Origin: an uncultured Anaerolineae bacterium
GTDB lineage: Bacteria > Chloroflexota > Anaerolineae > Aggregatilineales > Phototrophicaceae
NCBI GenBank assembly: GCA_937922795.1
Contig: CALAJK010000037.1
Span: 683 to 64,682 of the forward strand
Length of the DNA stretch: 64,000 nt
Direction of reading: 5' to 3'
Below, piece by piece: positions 55,988 through 64,000 of this stretch. The first letter of the stretch is position 1; each line of letters starts with the position of its first letter. The translations under genes were made by a program, and so were the position numbers. Under the pieces are notes generated by a model that was not told the origin of the DNA, did not search any database, and saw nothing but the letters and a program-made list of their open reading frames with translations.

Positions 55988-56446
55988 GTGAGCGTATCGT
56001 CGGGCAATTCAGAGGAGCGGGAAGCACTGGCCAGCGACTCCGGCGATCTATTCGACGAACCGCTGGACATCCAGGGGTTCAGCGACTACGAGTCGATCGA
56101 AGATTACTGCGCCGACCCCGCTTACGCCGCGTACTGCGACGATCCGAACTTCTACACGCCAGGGAGCATTTGCGGCGACGGCATGTGCGACCCCGGCGAG
56201 GAGGCCATCTGCCTGTTGGACTGCAGCGATGCCGGCGACATGCTGGATGATGCGGGCGACGCCGCGGCAATTTTCACCTGCGGCGACGGCGTGTGCGACC
56301 CCAGCGAGGAGGCCATCTGCCCGTTTGACTGCGGCGGCGGAGATTTGGACTCCGGCGACGATTTGAACCTGGGCGCGGTCTGCGGCAACTTCATCTGCGA
56401 GGCCGGCGAGGATTCGGCTAGCTGTCCGTCGGATTGCGAGGGTTAG
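55988..56446 (+). CDS. Acidic cysteine-rich repeat protein
   Basis: Three CG(D/N)xxC...E...CxxDC repeats; high GC3 codon use; start uncertain (GTG 55988 or CTG 56027 after GAGGAG). Confidence 0.68.
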   Translation: MSVSSGNSEEREALASDSGDLFDEPLDIQGFSDYESIEDYCADPAYAAYCDDPNFYTPGSICGDGMCDPGEEAICLLDCSDAGDMLDDAGDAAAIFTCGDGVCDPSEEAICPFDCGGGDLDSGDDLNLGAVCGNFICEAGEDSASCPSDCEG

Positions 56447-56954
56447 CCGGCGCGCCGTCCGGCGTCGGTTCCGGTTGGCGCTCGCTCCGCCAACTGGCGG
56501 CGAACAGGATCAACACGCCAAGCACCAGGGCGTGGTCGGCCACGTTGGAGACGTTGGAGATCACGCCCGGTATTTGATAATGGATGAAATCCACCACATA
56601 GCCGTATTCCAGCCGGTCGAGCGCGTTGCCCAGGGCGCCGCCGCAGATCAGGCCGGTCGCCAGGCGGGTGGCCCAGGCGTTGGCCGGGATGCGCGGGTAA
56701 AAGACGATCAGCGCGACCACTACGACCACGGCGACCACCAGGAACACATCGCCGGCCTGCGGCAGAAAGCCGAACGCTGAGCCAGTATTGTGGCTGCGCG
56801 TGATCTGGAAGAACGGGCTGAGCGCCGGGATCGGCTGGCGCGATTCGCCCAGCCGCAGCGTGCTGACCACCATCTGCTTGCTGAGCTGATCCGTCAGCAG
56901 CACCGCGCTGACGAGCCCTACAAGCTCCAACCACCGACGCCATCCAGCGTTCAA
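56418..56954 (-). CDS. lspA: Lipoprotein signal peptidase II
   Basis: DQLSK, NTGSAFG, GGALGNALDR, VVDF, NVAD; start uncertain (TTG 56954 or 56981). Confidence 0.92.
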   Translation of the reverse strand: MNAGWRRWLELVGLVSAVLLTDQLSKQMVVSTLRLGESRQPIPALSPFFQITRSHNTGSAFGFLPQAGDVFLVVAVVVVVALIVFYPRIPANAWATRLATGLICGGALGNALDRLEYGYVVDFIHYQIPGVISNVSNVADHALVLGVLILFAASWRSERQPEPTPDGAPANPRNPTDS

Positions 56955-56994
56955 AGGGCAAGTCTCCGCTCTACAGTCCAACCGCCGCTGTACA

Positions 56995-58074
56995 TCATGA
57001 TGAGGGTTCGCCCACTATCTCCAGCGTCGCCAGCACCGGTCCGTGATCGGAGGCGAGCTCTGGGCCGACAGCGGCTTCGACCGCACGAAAATGGTCGCTG
57101 TGCCAGACGTAATCCATGCGCAGCAGCGGCGGCAGCCGGTCAAGCAGTGTGTTCTCGCGCGCGTTTGCCGGCCAGGTCGCACCAGCCCCAGAGCCGACCG
57201 TCCGGTAGGCGTCATGCAGGCGGGCGAAAATGTCATCATACTTCAGGGCGTAGTCGCTCAAGTTGAAATCGCCGGCGGCGATGACCGGCTCGGTCTCAGC
57301 CGCCAAGCGTTCCAGAAACCGGTCAATGCGCGCATTGCGTACGCGATCATCATACGAAGACATGAGCGCAAACACCGCCGAGATGCCAGCGCTGCCGCCC
57401 GTCCGCGACCAGTCCACCGGCACTGGCATATCGAGGTTGTACACGGCGATCGTCCGCCCGCGGATCTCGACCAGATAGCGATCCATCAGGTACGCCGACC
57501 GCTCCGCTGGATCGTTCAAGCTCTCCCACGCTAGGATCGGGTAGCGCGACAGCACGGCGTTGCCCGCGAGCCGTCCCAAACTGAAGCGCGCATGCTGGTG
57601 CGGGTAGCGTTCGCTCTGACGGTACAGCAGCGGCAGGATGCTGGCTTGAGGGATCTCTTGCAGCAGTACCAGGTCGGCATCCTGCGCGTTCAGCCAGCTT
57701 TCAACGCCGGCCACGTCCTGATTGCGGAAGTACACGTTAAAGGTGATCAGCCGCAGCACCGGGCCAGAGGGGACGACCTCGGCTTTATCGAAATAGCGGG
57801 GGCCCAACCAGGCTGCGGCTACCACCACTAGCGGCAGCGTCGCCAGCAGTCCCCACTTAGCCCGCGTGATGAGGCCCAGCGGCACGAGCAGCGCCAGCGG
57901 CAGGAACAGATACGGCGCAACCGCATTGGCCGCCGCTAGTAGCCCGCCTATCCGGTCGCCCACCGTCAGCCGCAGCGCCAGGTACAGCGCCATCCCGCCC
58001 GCATACACCCATGATATGAACGTCACAGCGATGCGGGAGAGTTCGTCTACCAATTCACGACAGGTGACCATCAT
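56995..58074 (-). CDS. Membrane-anchored endonuclease/exonuclease/phosphatase family protein
   Basis: Three TM; TFNV, LQE, LSRYPI, AGDFN, MDYVW, SDH. Confidence 0.9.
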   Translation of the reverse strand: MMVTCRELVDELSRIAVTFISWVYAGGMALYLALRLTVGDRIGGLLAAANAVAPYLFLPLALLVPLGLITRAKWGLLATLPLVVVAAAWLGPRYFDKAEVVPSGPVLRLITFNVYFRNQDVAGVESWLNAQDADLVLLQEIPQASILPLLYRQSERYPHQHARFSLGRLAGNAVLSRYPILAWESLNDPAERSAYLMDRYLVEIRGRTIAVYNLDMPVPVDWSRTGGSAGISAVFALMSSYDDRVRNARIDRFLERLAAETEPVIAAGDFNLSDYALKYDDIFARLHDAYRTVGSGAGATWPANARENTLLDRLPPLLRMDYVWHSDHFRAVEAAVGPELASDHGPVLATLEIVGEPSS

Positions 58075-58290
58075 GTCTGCTCCTGGCGGCCTGCGCCTGC
58101 CCACATGTTTTACCACAGGATGCGGGCAGGCACATAGGGTCGCGAGCGCACGGCCACAAGTTAGCCATAGGTTCGGGCTGGGGCATTCGTAAGTGTTGGG
58201 TGTCTACAGGCGCTCGCGCCATATGGTTTTCTGTACTAGAATTTTCTTGAGCATACACTGGTGTTGTTGTGAGCGAAAAGGTTGCGGCGA

Positions 58291-59844
58291 ATGAACATGC
58301 GTCTGGTGCAATTCATCGTGGCGCTGATAGCGGCAAGCGGTGCGCTAACTATCGCGCCTGGACTGGGGCTGGCGCAAACTGATGCAGGCGCTTGTCCAGC
58401 GCTGGTGAGACGGGCCTTGAGCGACCTTGGCCAGAACTGTGATCAGCTTGAACGGAACAGCGCCTGCTATGGCTTCAACCGGGTGGACGCGACTTTTGCC
58501 GAGACCGTCGACGAGTCCTTCTTCAGTCAACCGGCCGATCGTTCGCCGCTGGTCAAGCTGGAGACGATCGAGACTGCGCCGCTGGACACAGCGCTGGAGC
58601 GATGGGGCATCGCCCTACTGAACGTGCAGGCGAACCTGCCCAACACGCTGCCCGGCCAAGCGGTGACGTTCATCCTGATGGGCGATGTGGCGGTGGAAAA
58701 CGCCGTCCCGCTGCAGGAGGCACTGCTGTCGGTTGAGCCAGTGATGGTGACGACCACCGTCGGCGCTAATCTGCGCAGCCGCGCCGACATCCGCGCTAAC
58801 GTGGTCGGCAGCGTCCCCGCCGGCACAGAGCTGGCCGCCGACGGCTTGAGCGCAGACTCCCAGTGGCTGCGCGTGCTGTTCCGCGCCGGCCCGGCCTGGA
58901 TCAACCGCGGCCTGGTGACGGCGGCGGCGGATCTGGATGAACTGCCGGTCATCACCCGCGAGACGCGCACCCCCATGCAGGCTTTCTATTTCCGTTCTGC
59001 GCCCATCGGCGATCCGCTGTGCCAGGAGTCGCCGCCATCGCTGCTGGTGGTGCAGGGGCCGCAGAATGTGCAGGTGAATATCACCGCCAACGGCGCCGAC
59101 ATCACCATCGGTTCGACGATCGTGCTGTGGATACTGCCCGGCAACCGTCTACAGATCGTGGTGATCAGCGGCCAGGCTCGCGTCGGCGGCGTGCTGGTCC
59201 CGGCTGGCTTCAAGATCACCGCCCCACTGAGCGAAGACGGCCGGACGGTCGTTGGCCCGTGGGGGCCGCCGGAGCCGATCGACGACCAGGATCGCGAATG
59301 GCTGGAGCCGCTGGAACTGCTGCCGCCGGAACTGCTCCACTACCCGATCATCGTGCCGTCGCCTGAGGACATTGAGGCGATTCTGCGGCAGCTGCTCGGC
59401 CAGCGCGCCGGTTCAGGCGGCCCGGCGGGCGGCTTCAGCGGCCCGGCGGCCGTGCGCGCCGACTGCACCAACTTCCGCCCCACGTCGCCGCTGGAAGGCC
59501 TGCCCTACGGCATTGCCACCTTCTACTGGGACCCGGCCCCGGGCGCAACCAGCTATCAGGTGAACGTGTATAACGAGCGCGGCGAGCGCGTGGCCAGCTT
59601 CAGCACCGACGCCTCCAACACCAGCCTGAGCGGCGATGTCGCCAGCGCCGGCGCGGGCTTCAGCTTCTCATGGGAGGTCATCGCCCTGGTGGATGGTCAG
59701 GTGGCGTGCGGCAGCGGCCCGGTCACGCTGTTCCGCGAGGCGCCGCCGCCCGCCCCGCCTCCCCAGCCCACCCTGACGCCGAAACAAATCTGTGAGCTTC
59801 AGCCAGGCTGCATGTGGTACTACAGCATGTGCTACTGCATTTGA
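58291..59844 (+). CDS. Secreted SH3-domain protein with Fn3-like module and Cys-rich tail
   Basis: Signal peptide; CP...C...RNSACYG; SH3b ANLRS...WLRV...AWI; Pro linker; tail CELQPGCMWYYSMCYCI. Confidence 0.75.
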   Translation: MNMRLVQFIVALIAASGALTIAPGLGLAQTDAGACPALVRRALSDLGQNCDQLERNSACYGFNRVDATFAETVDESFFSQPADRSPLVKLETIETAPLDTALERWGIALLNVQANLPNTLPGQAVTFILMGDVAVENAVPLQEALLSVEPVMVTTTVGANLRSRADIRANVVGSVPAGTELAADGLSADSQWLRVLFRAGPAWINRGLVTAAADLDELPVITRETRTPMQAFYFRSAPIGDPLCQESPPSLLVVQGPQNVQVNITANGADITIGSTIVLWILPGNRLQIVVISGQARVGGVLVPAGFKITAPLSEDGRTVVGPWGPPEPIDDQDREWLEPLELLPPELLHYPIIVPSPEDIEAILRQLLGQRAGSGGPAGGFSGPAAVRADCTNFRPTSPLEGLPYGIATFYWDPAPGATSYQVNVYNERGERVASFSTDASNTSLSGDVASAGAGFSFSWEVIALVDGQVACGSGPVTLFREAPPPAPPPQPTLTPKQICELQPGCMWYYSMCYCI

Positions 59845-59889
59845 TGATCGCTGGCCGATCAGTTACGCTGCTGTATTGAGGGATAACGT

Positions 59890-59916
59890 ACAGGTTTGGC
59901 CGATGGTCAAACCTGT
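59890..59916. terminator. Hairpin terminator between convergent genes
   Basis: ACAGGTTTGGCC-GAT-GGTCAAACCTGT followed by TT. Confidence 0.6.
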
Positions 59917-59935
59917 TTGATTCGTCAGTCTGCGC

Positions 59936-62332
59936 TCAGGTCAGCGGCACCATATGAATGATGGTCACGCCGCCGCCGCCCTCCTGGGGCAGCGCCTCGG
60001 TCACTTTGGACACCAGCGGATGATGTTCGACGCGCTCGCGGACGGCCTTCTTGAGCGCGCCTGTGCCTTTGCCGTGGACGATGCGGGCGAACGGCAGCCC
60101 GGACATATAGGCCGCGTCGATGTAGGTCTCCAGCCGGCGCAGCGCTTCGTCTACCCGTTCGCCGCGCAGGTCGAGCTCCAGCCCTGGCGACTGGCCGCGC
60201 GGGACGATCGGGTCGGGCGACTTTTCGTATTCGCGAACATGGCCGCGCTTCTTCTGGCGTTTCTGGCTGGGCGGGCGCTGCGCCAGGTCGCTGAGGGCGG
60301 CGCGGACTTTCAACGTCCCCACCTGCACCACCGCTTCGTCCTTCTCTAGCTCGGTGATCGTCCCTTCAGCGTTGAGCTTGGCCAACCACACAGTGTCGCC
60401 CAGCCGAGGCGACCAGCCCTCTGCCACGCGCTCGCCCTCGTTGGCCACTGGTTCTTCGGCGCTGGCGGCCAGCGCGCTCGCCTGCTCCTGCACCGCCCGC
60501 AGCGCTTCCAGCGGCAGCGACGCGGCGCGCAGTTCGGCGCGCAGACGCTTGATCTCGCGCTGGAACGATTTGATCTCCTCATCGGCCTGGCGACGGGCTG
60601 AAGCGACGATGTCGCGGCGTTCGTCTTCGATCTTGTCCAGCCGGGCTTGAAGCTCAGCGCGCTGTTCTTCTAGCTCTTCGCGCAGCAGCGCCACCATCGT
60701 GTGGTTGCGGCGGATCTCTTCGCGCGTGCGCTGGATTTCGTCCAGCAGGTCATCGGCCACCAGATCTTCGGTCGCCACCAGCGTGCGCGCATCCTCGATG
60801 ATGGCCGGGTCCAGACCCAGCCGGCTGGCGATGGCTAGCGCATTCGAGCGCCCCGGCAGGCCGATGATCAGGCGATAGGTGGGGCGCAGCGTCGCCAGGT
60901 CGAACTCGACGCTGGCGTTGCGCACGCCGGGCGTCTCGACGCTGAATACCTTCAGCTCCGGGTGATGGGTGGTGACCAGCGTGGTCACCCGGCGGGCCAC
61001 CAGATGTTTCAGGATAGCCCGCGCCAGCGCCGACCCTTCCGCGGGATCGGTGCCTGCGCCGAGTTCGTCGAGCAGCACCAACGACCGCTCGTCGCACTCG
61101 CGCAGGATGGCGATGGTGTTGGTCATATGCGACGAAAAGGTGCTGAGCGACTGCTCGATGCTCTGTTCGTCGCCGATGTCGGCGAAGATGCCGTCGAATA
61201 CGCTCAGTTTGGCCTCTTCTGCCGGCACTTGCAGGCCGCATTGAGCCATCAGGCACAGCAGGCCGACTGTCTTGAGCGATACCGTCTTGCCGCCAGTGTT
61301 CGGCCCGGTCACCACCAGCACCCAGGTGGACTCGTCGAGTTCGATGTCAATCGGCACGACATTGCCGGTCAGCAGCGGGTGGCGGGCGCTGCGGAGGTAG
61401 ATCGTGCTGCCCGGATGGTTAGGATTGGTCGGGCGGGAACGAAACGGCAGCAGCACCGGCTCGACCGCCCGCAGCGCCTCGGCGTAGCGGGCTTTGGCCA
61501 ACACCAAATCCAGATACGCCAGCACCTCGACGGTGCGCACGATGCGCTCGGACTGAGCGCCGATCTCGTCGGTGATGGCCTGCAAGATGCGGCGGATTTC
61601 CTTCTCTTCGCTGAGCTGCAGCTCGCGGTAGGCGTTGTTCAGCTCGACGGTCGCCAGCGGCTCGATAAACAGCGTGGCGCCGCTGGATGACGAGTCATGA
61701 ATGATGCCCGGTATCCGCCCCTTGAATTCAGCTTTGAGCGGGATAACATAGCGCCCGCTGCGGGTGGTGATGATCGGCTCTTGCAGGAACGGCGCGTTGG
61801 CGCCCGACGTGATGATGCGCGTTAGGCGCGTTTGCAGCCGGTCATACGCCAGCTTCAGGTCGCGGCGGATGATGGCCAACTGCGGGCTAGCCGTATCCAG
61901 GATTTCGCCTTTGTCGTTGACGATGCGCCCGATAGCCTCCTGCAGGTCGAAACATTCTTCGGCTTCGTTCACCAGATCGGCCAGCAGCGGGTACGTGCCC
62001 TTCATGCGCCCCAGCGTACGCCGCAGGCTGGTCGCCCGCCGCAGCGTATAACGGATGTCCAGCAGGGTTTGCGGCTCGACCAGGATGCCGCGGGTGGCCT
62101 GCACGGCCGCATCACGCACGTCGCGTACGCCGCCCAGGCCGACGTTCACCTGGTTCTCGAACAGCCGCCGCGCCTCGGCCGTCTCGCGCTGCCAGGTGAT
62201 CGCCTCTTCCAAACTGATGGTAGGGGTCAGTTCCCGCGCGAGCTGCGCGCCAGCGGAGAAAGTGCAGTGAGCGGCCAACTGCTCCAATATCTTGGGCAGT
62301 TCAAGCGTCTGGGTAGATTTCTCGTTGATCAT
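59936..62332 (-). CDS. mutS2: MutS2 (endonuclease / ribosome collision factor) with Smr domain
   Basis: SGATLFIEP, TGPNTGGKT, DIGDEQSIEQSLSTFSSH, DELGAGTDPAEG, LDLRG...HGKGTG. Confidence 0.96.
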   Translation of the reverse strand: MINEKSTQTLELPKILEQLAAHCTFSAGAQLARELTPTISLEEAITWQRETAEARRLFENQVNVGLGGVRDVRDAAVQATRGILVEPQTLLDIRYTLRRATSLRRTLGRMKGTYPLLADLVNEAEECFDLQEAIGRIVNDKGEILDTASPQLAIIRRDLKLAYDRLQTRLTRIITSGANAPFLQEPIITTRSGRYVIPLKAEFKGRIPGIIHDSSSSGATLFIEPLATVELNNAYRELQLSEEKEIRRILQAITDEIGAQSERIVRTVEVLAYLDLVLAKARYAEALRAVEPVLLPFRSRPTNPNHPGSTIYLRSARHPLLTGNVVPIDIELDESTWVLVVTGPNTGGKTVSLKTVGLLCLMAQCGLQVPAEEAKLSVFDGIFADIGDEQSIEQSLSTFSSHMTNTIAILRECDERSLVLLDELGAGTDPAEGSALARAILKHLVARRVTTLVTTHHPELKVFSVETPGVRNASVEFDLATLRPTYRLIIGLPGRSNALAIASRLGLDPAIIEDARTLVATEDLVADDLLDEIQRTREEIRRNHTMVALLREELEEQRAELQARLDKIEDERRDIVASARRQADEEIKSFQREIKRLRAELRAASLPLEALRAVQEQASALAASAEEPVANEGERVAEGWSPRLGDTVWLAKLNAEGTITELEKDEAVVQVGTLKVRAALSDLAQRPPSQKRQKKRGHVREYEKSPDPIVPRGQSPGLELDLRGERVDEALRRLETYIDAAYMSGLPFARIVHGKGTGALKKAVRERVEHHPLVSKVTEALPQEGGGGVTIIHMVPLT

Positions 62333-62771
62333 AGGGACGCGCAGTTCTCGGATTGGTAACCAGCGCGATCAGTATAGGGCGGCTGGGCACGAATGTCAAT
62401 TGCAGGGGTTTTAAGAGGTCACAAAAGTTGCTAAGCGATCGTGACGGCGAGCTGCCGCTCACAAAAAACGCGCGCGGTCAGGTCAGGGCGCGGTTGGGCT
62501 GCCTGGCGATCGCTGGCCTGCTGTCGCTGCTGCTGGCGGGAATCGCTTACCTAGGATTGAACGGCGTCAGCAACCTGAGGCCGATCCGGCGGTGGGCGAG
62601 CATGCCGGGGATCACCCTGTCTCGGCTAGGTTGTATCAGGCCTCAGCACCGTCTTGAGCGAGCCAGACGTTTCGCTGTGAACGTCCACTCATGAAACTCT
62701 CATCTGTTGTTTATTTCACAATCAGCCAGTTGCATTACGTTTCCTTACAAAATTACCCTGGAGGCCGTGCC

Positions 62772-63164
62772 GTGGCTGTCGATCTCTTCTGGGACTCGCC
62801 TGAACAAACCACCCTGGTCTGCCAAATTGCCCCCGGCTGGACGTGGGACGAGCTGGAACTGGCGCTGCACACCGCCGCCCAACTCTCCGAAGGCGGGGAT
62901 GTGGGCGTGATCATCCACATCGTAGCGCGGACGGGTTTTCCTGACGGCGTGCTGGCCGCCGACAGCCTGCGCTGGGGACGCCACGTGCTCAAGCTGGTGG
63001 AGACGATCCCCGCCCCCTGCGTCATCGTGGGCGACAACCTGATGGCGCAGCTCGCCGCTGAATGGACGCGGCTGCGCCAGCCTCGCTCCCTGATCGGCTG
63101 CGCGCTGACGCTGGCGGAGGCGCAGGCCATGCTGGCCGCGCAGACGCTCCAACCAGCGCCGTGA
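62772..63164 (+). CDS. Small hypothetical protein
   Basis: GTG after GGAGG; W-D...WTWDE...TLAEA pattern. Confidence 0.7.
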   Translation: MAVDLFWDSPEQTTLVCQIAPGWTWDELELALHTAAQLSEGGDVGVIIHIVARTGFPDGVLAADSLRWGRHVLKLVETIPAPCVIVGDNLMAQLAAEWTRLRQPRSLIGCALTLAEAQAMLAAQTLQPAP

Positions 63165-63183
63165 CTCGGCGTTAAGATTTTGT

Positions 63184-63228
63184 TTGACACCGAACGAGTG
63201 TTCGCTTATACTATAGAACAATCATTCG
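63184..63228 (+). promoter_or_regulatory. lexA promoter with two SOS boxes
   Basis: TTGACA(63184-63189)-N17-TATACT(63207-63212); CGAAC-GAGT-GTTCG (63191-63204) in the spacer; AGAAC-AATC-ATTCG (63215-63228). Confidence 0.9.
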
Positions 63229-63250
63229 GTTGTCGACGAAGGTTGTCCCC

Positions 63251-63925
63251 ATGAAAGATTTGAGCACACTCTCAGAGCGTCAGCGCAGCATCCTGCGTTA
63301 CATGGAGAAACATCTGGCCGAGCATGGTTTCCCGCCCACCATCCGCCAGATCGGCGAGGCCACCGGCATCAACTCCACCTCGGTCGTCAACTACAATCTG
63401 AACAAGCTGGTGCAGGCCGGCTACCTATCGCGATCATCGCATGTCGCCCGCGGCCTGCGCCTGGTGAAGCCGCTGCAGGGCGAGAAGAAATCGCGGGCGG
63501 CGGTGCAGGTGAGCCATGGCCCGCGGGTGTATCTGATCGGGCAGATTTACGCCAGTGAGCCAGTGCCCGTGCCTGAGGACTACTATTACGACGAGAACGA
63601 CCTGATTGATGTGACCACGACCATGCTGGCCGGGGCCGACCCATCCGAGGCGTATGCGCTGCGCGTGTGCGGCGACTCTATGATCGATGCGATGGTGCGC
63701 GAGGGCGATATCGTCATCCTGCGACGGCAGCAAACGGCCAACAACGGCGACATGGTAGCGGTGTGGCTGGAAGACCGCAGCGAGACGACGCTCAAGTATT
63801 TCTACCGCGAAGGTGACCGTGTCCGTCTGCAGCCGGCCCATCCGCTGATGGAGCCGATCTACGTCAACCCGGCTTACTGCCGCATCGAGGGCAAGGTCCT
63901 GTCCATCATCCGCCAGCTTCATTGA
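63251..63925 (+). CDS. lexA: SOS transcriptional repressor LexA
   Basis: GFPPTIRQIG HTH; GDSMIDA (Ser), TLKYF (Lys), RLQPAH. Confidence 0.95.
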   Translation: MKDLSTLSERQRSILRYMEKHLAEHGFPPTIRQIGEATGINSTSVVNYNLNKLVQAGYLSRSSHVARGLRLVKPLQGEKKSRAAVQVSHGPRVYLIGQIYASEPVPVPEDYYYDENDLIDVTTTMLAGADPSEAYALRVCGDSMIDAMVREGDIVILRRQQTANNGDMVAVWLEDRSETTLKYFYREGDRVRLQPAHPLMEPIYVNPAYCRIEGKVLSIIRQLH

Positions 63926-64000
63926 GGCCGTTGGGCGGCGTCCAGCGCCTGGCGCAGATGCTCCAGCGAGCGAGTGGGCTGCTGCTCGAACAGATGACGA
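63919..64000 (-). CDS. 3' end of a convergent gene entering from the window edge
   Basis: Minus strand RHLFEQQPTRSLEHLRQALDAAQRPQ*, overlapping the lexA end by 7 nt. Confidence 0.5.
   Translation of the reverse strand, partial: RHLFEQQPTRSLEHLRQALDAAQRPQ

Noticed and set aside
56170-56440. Repeated TGCGGCGACGGC...TGCGACCCC...GAGGAGGCCATCTGC units as a CRISPR array
   Set aside because: The repeats are in-frame coding repeats of the Cys-rich protein, only 2-3 degenerate copies, with no cas genes
62353-62694. 113-aa ORF with a hydrophobic stretch between mutS2 and the small gene
   Set aside because: No convincing start or RBS and it overlaps the likely mutS2 promoter; may be a remnant but cannot be supported

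Overview
High-GC (by eye about 65%) bacterial chromosomal window. Gene content and style (class D-like sortase, L,D-transpeptidase, VanW, F420-type oxidoreductases, RsbR-like STAS sensor, GAAC-N4-GTTC LexA box) suggest Chloroflexota, probably Anaerolineae; this taxonomy is inference. It holds about 57 protein-coding genes, mostly housekeeping, envelope or regulatory. I found no rRNA, tRNA, CRISPR array, transposase or integrase. Best leads: (1) a putative operon of lipoprotein, two tandem atypical FtsH-like AAA+ metalloproteases and a CoxE-type VWA protein, with a possible SOS box upstream (332-6200); (2) an hfs-like redox-sensing triad of [2Fe-2S] ferredoxin, stand-alone PAS and SpoIIE phosphatase with no hydrogenase domain (37973-39917); (3) a precursor-less DUF692/MNIO gene followed by a HAD hydrolase and a FolC-like ligase (21974-24821); (4) a stand-alone very acidic 14-Cys repeat mini-protein with its own candidate promoter (55954-56446); (5) an unannotated arsenite-methyltransferase pseudogene remnant in frame behind an orphan MEMO1/AmrB gene (30889-32002); (6) a type II restriction-modification pair (52570-54167). 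All family assignments come from motif recognition by eye, not database searches.
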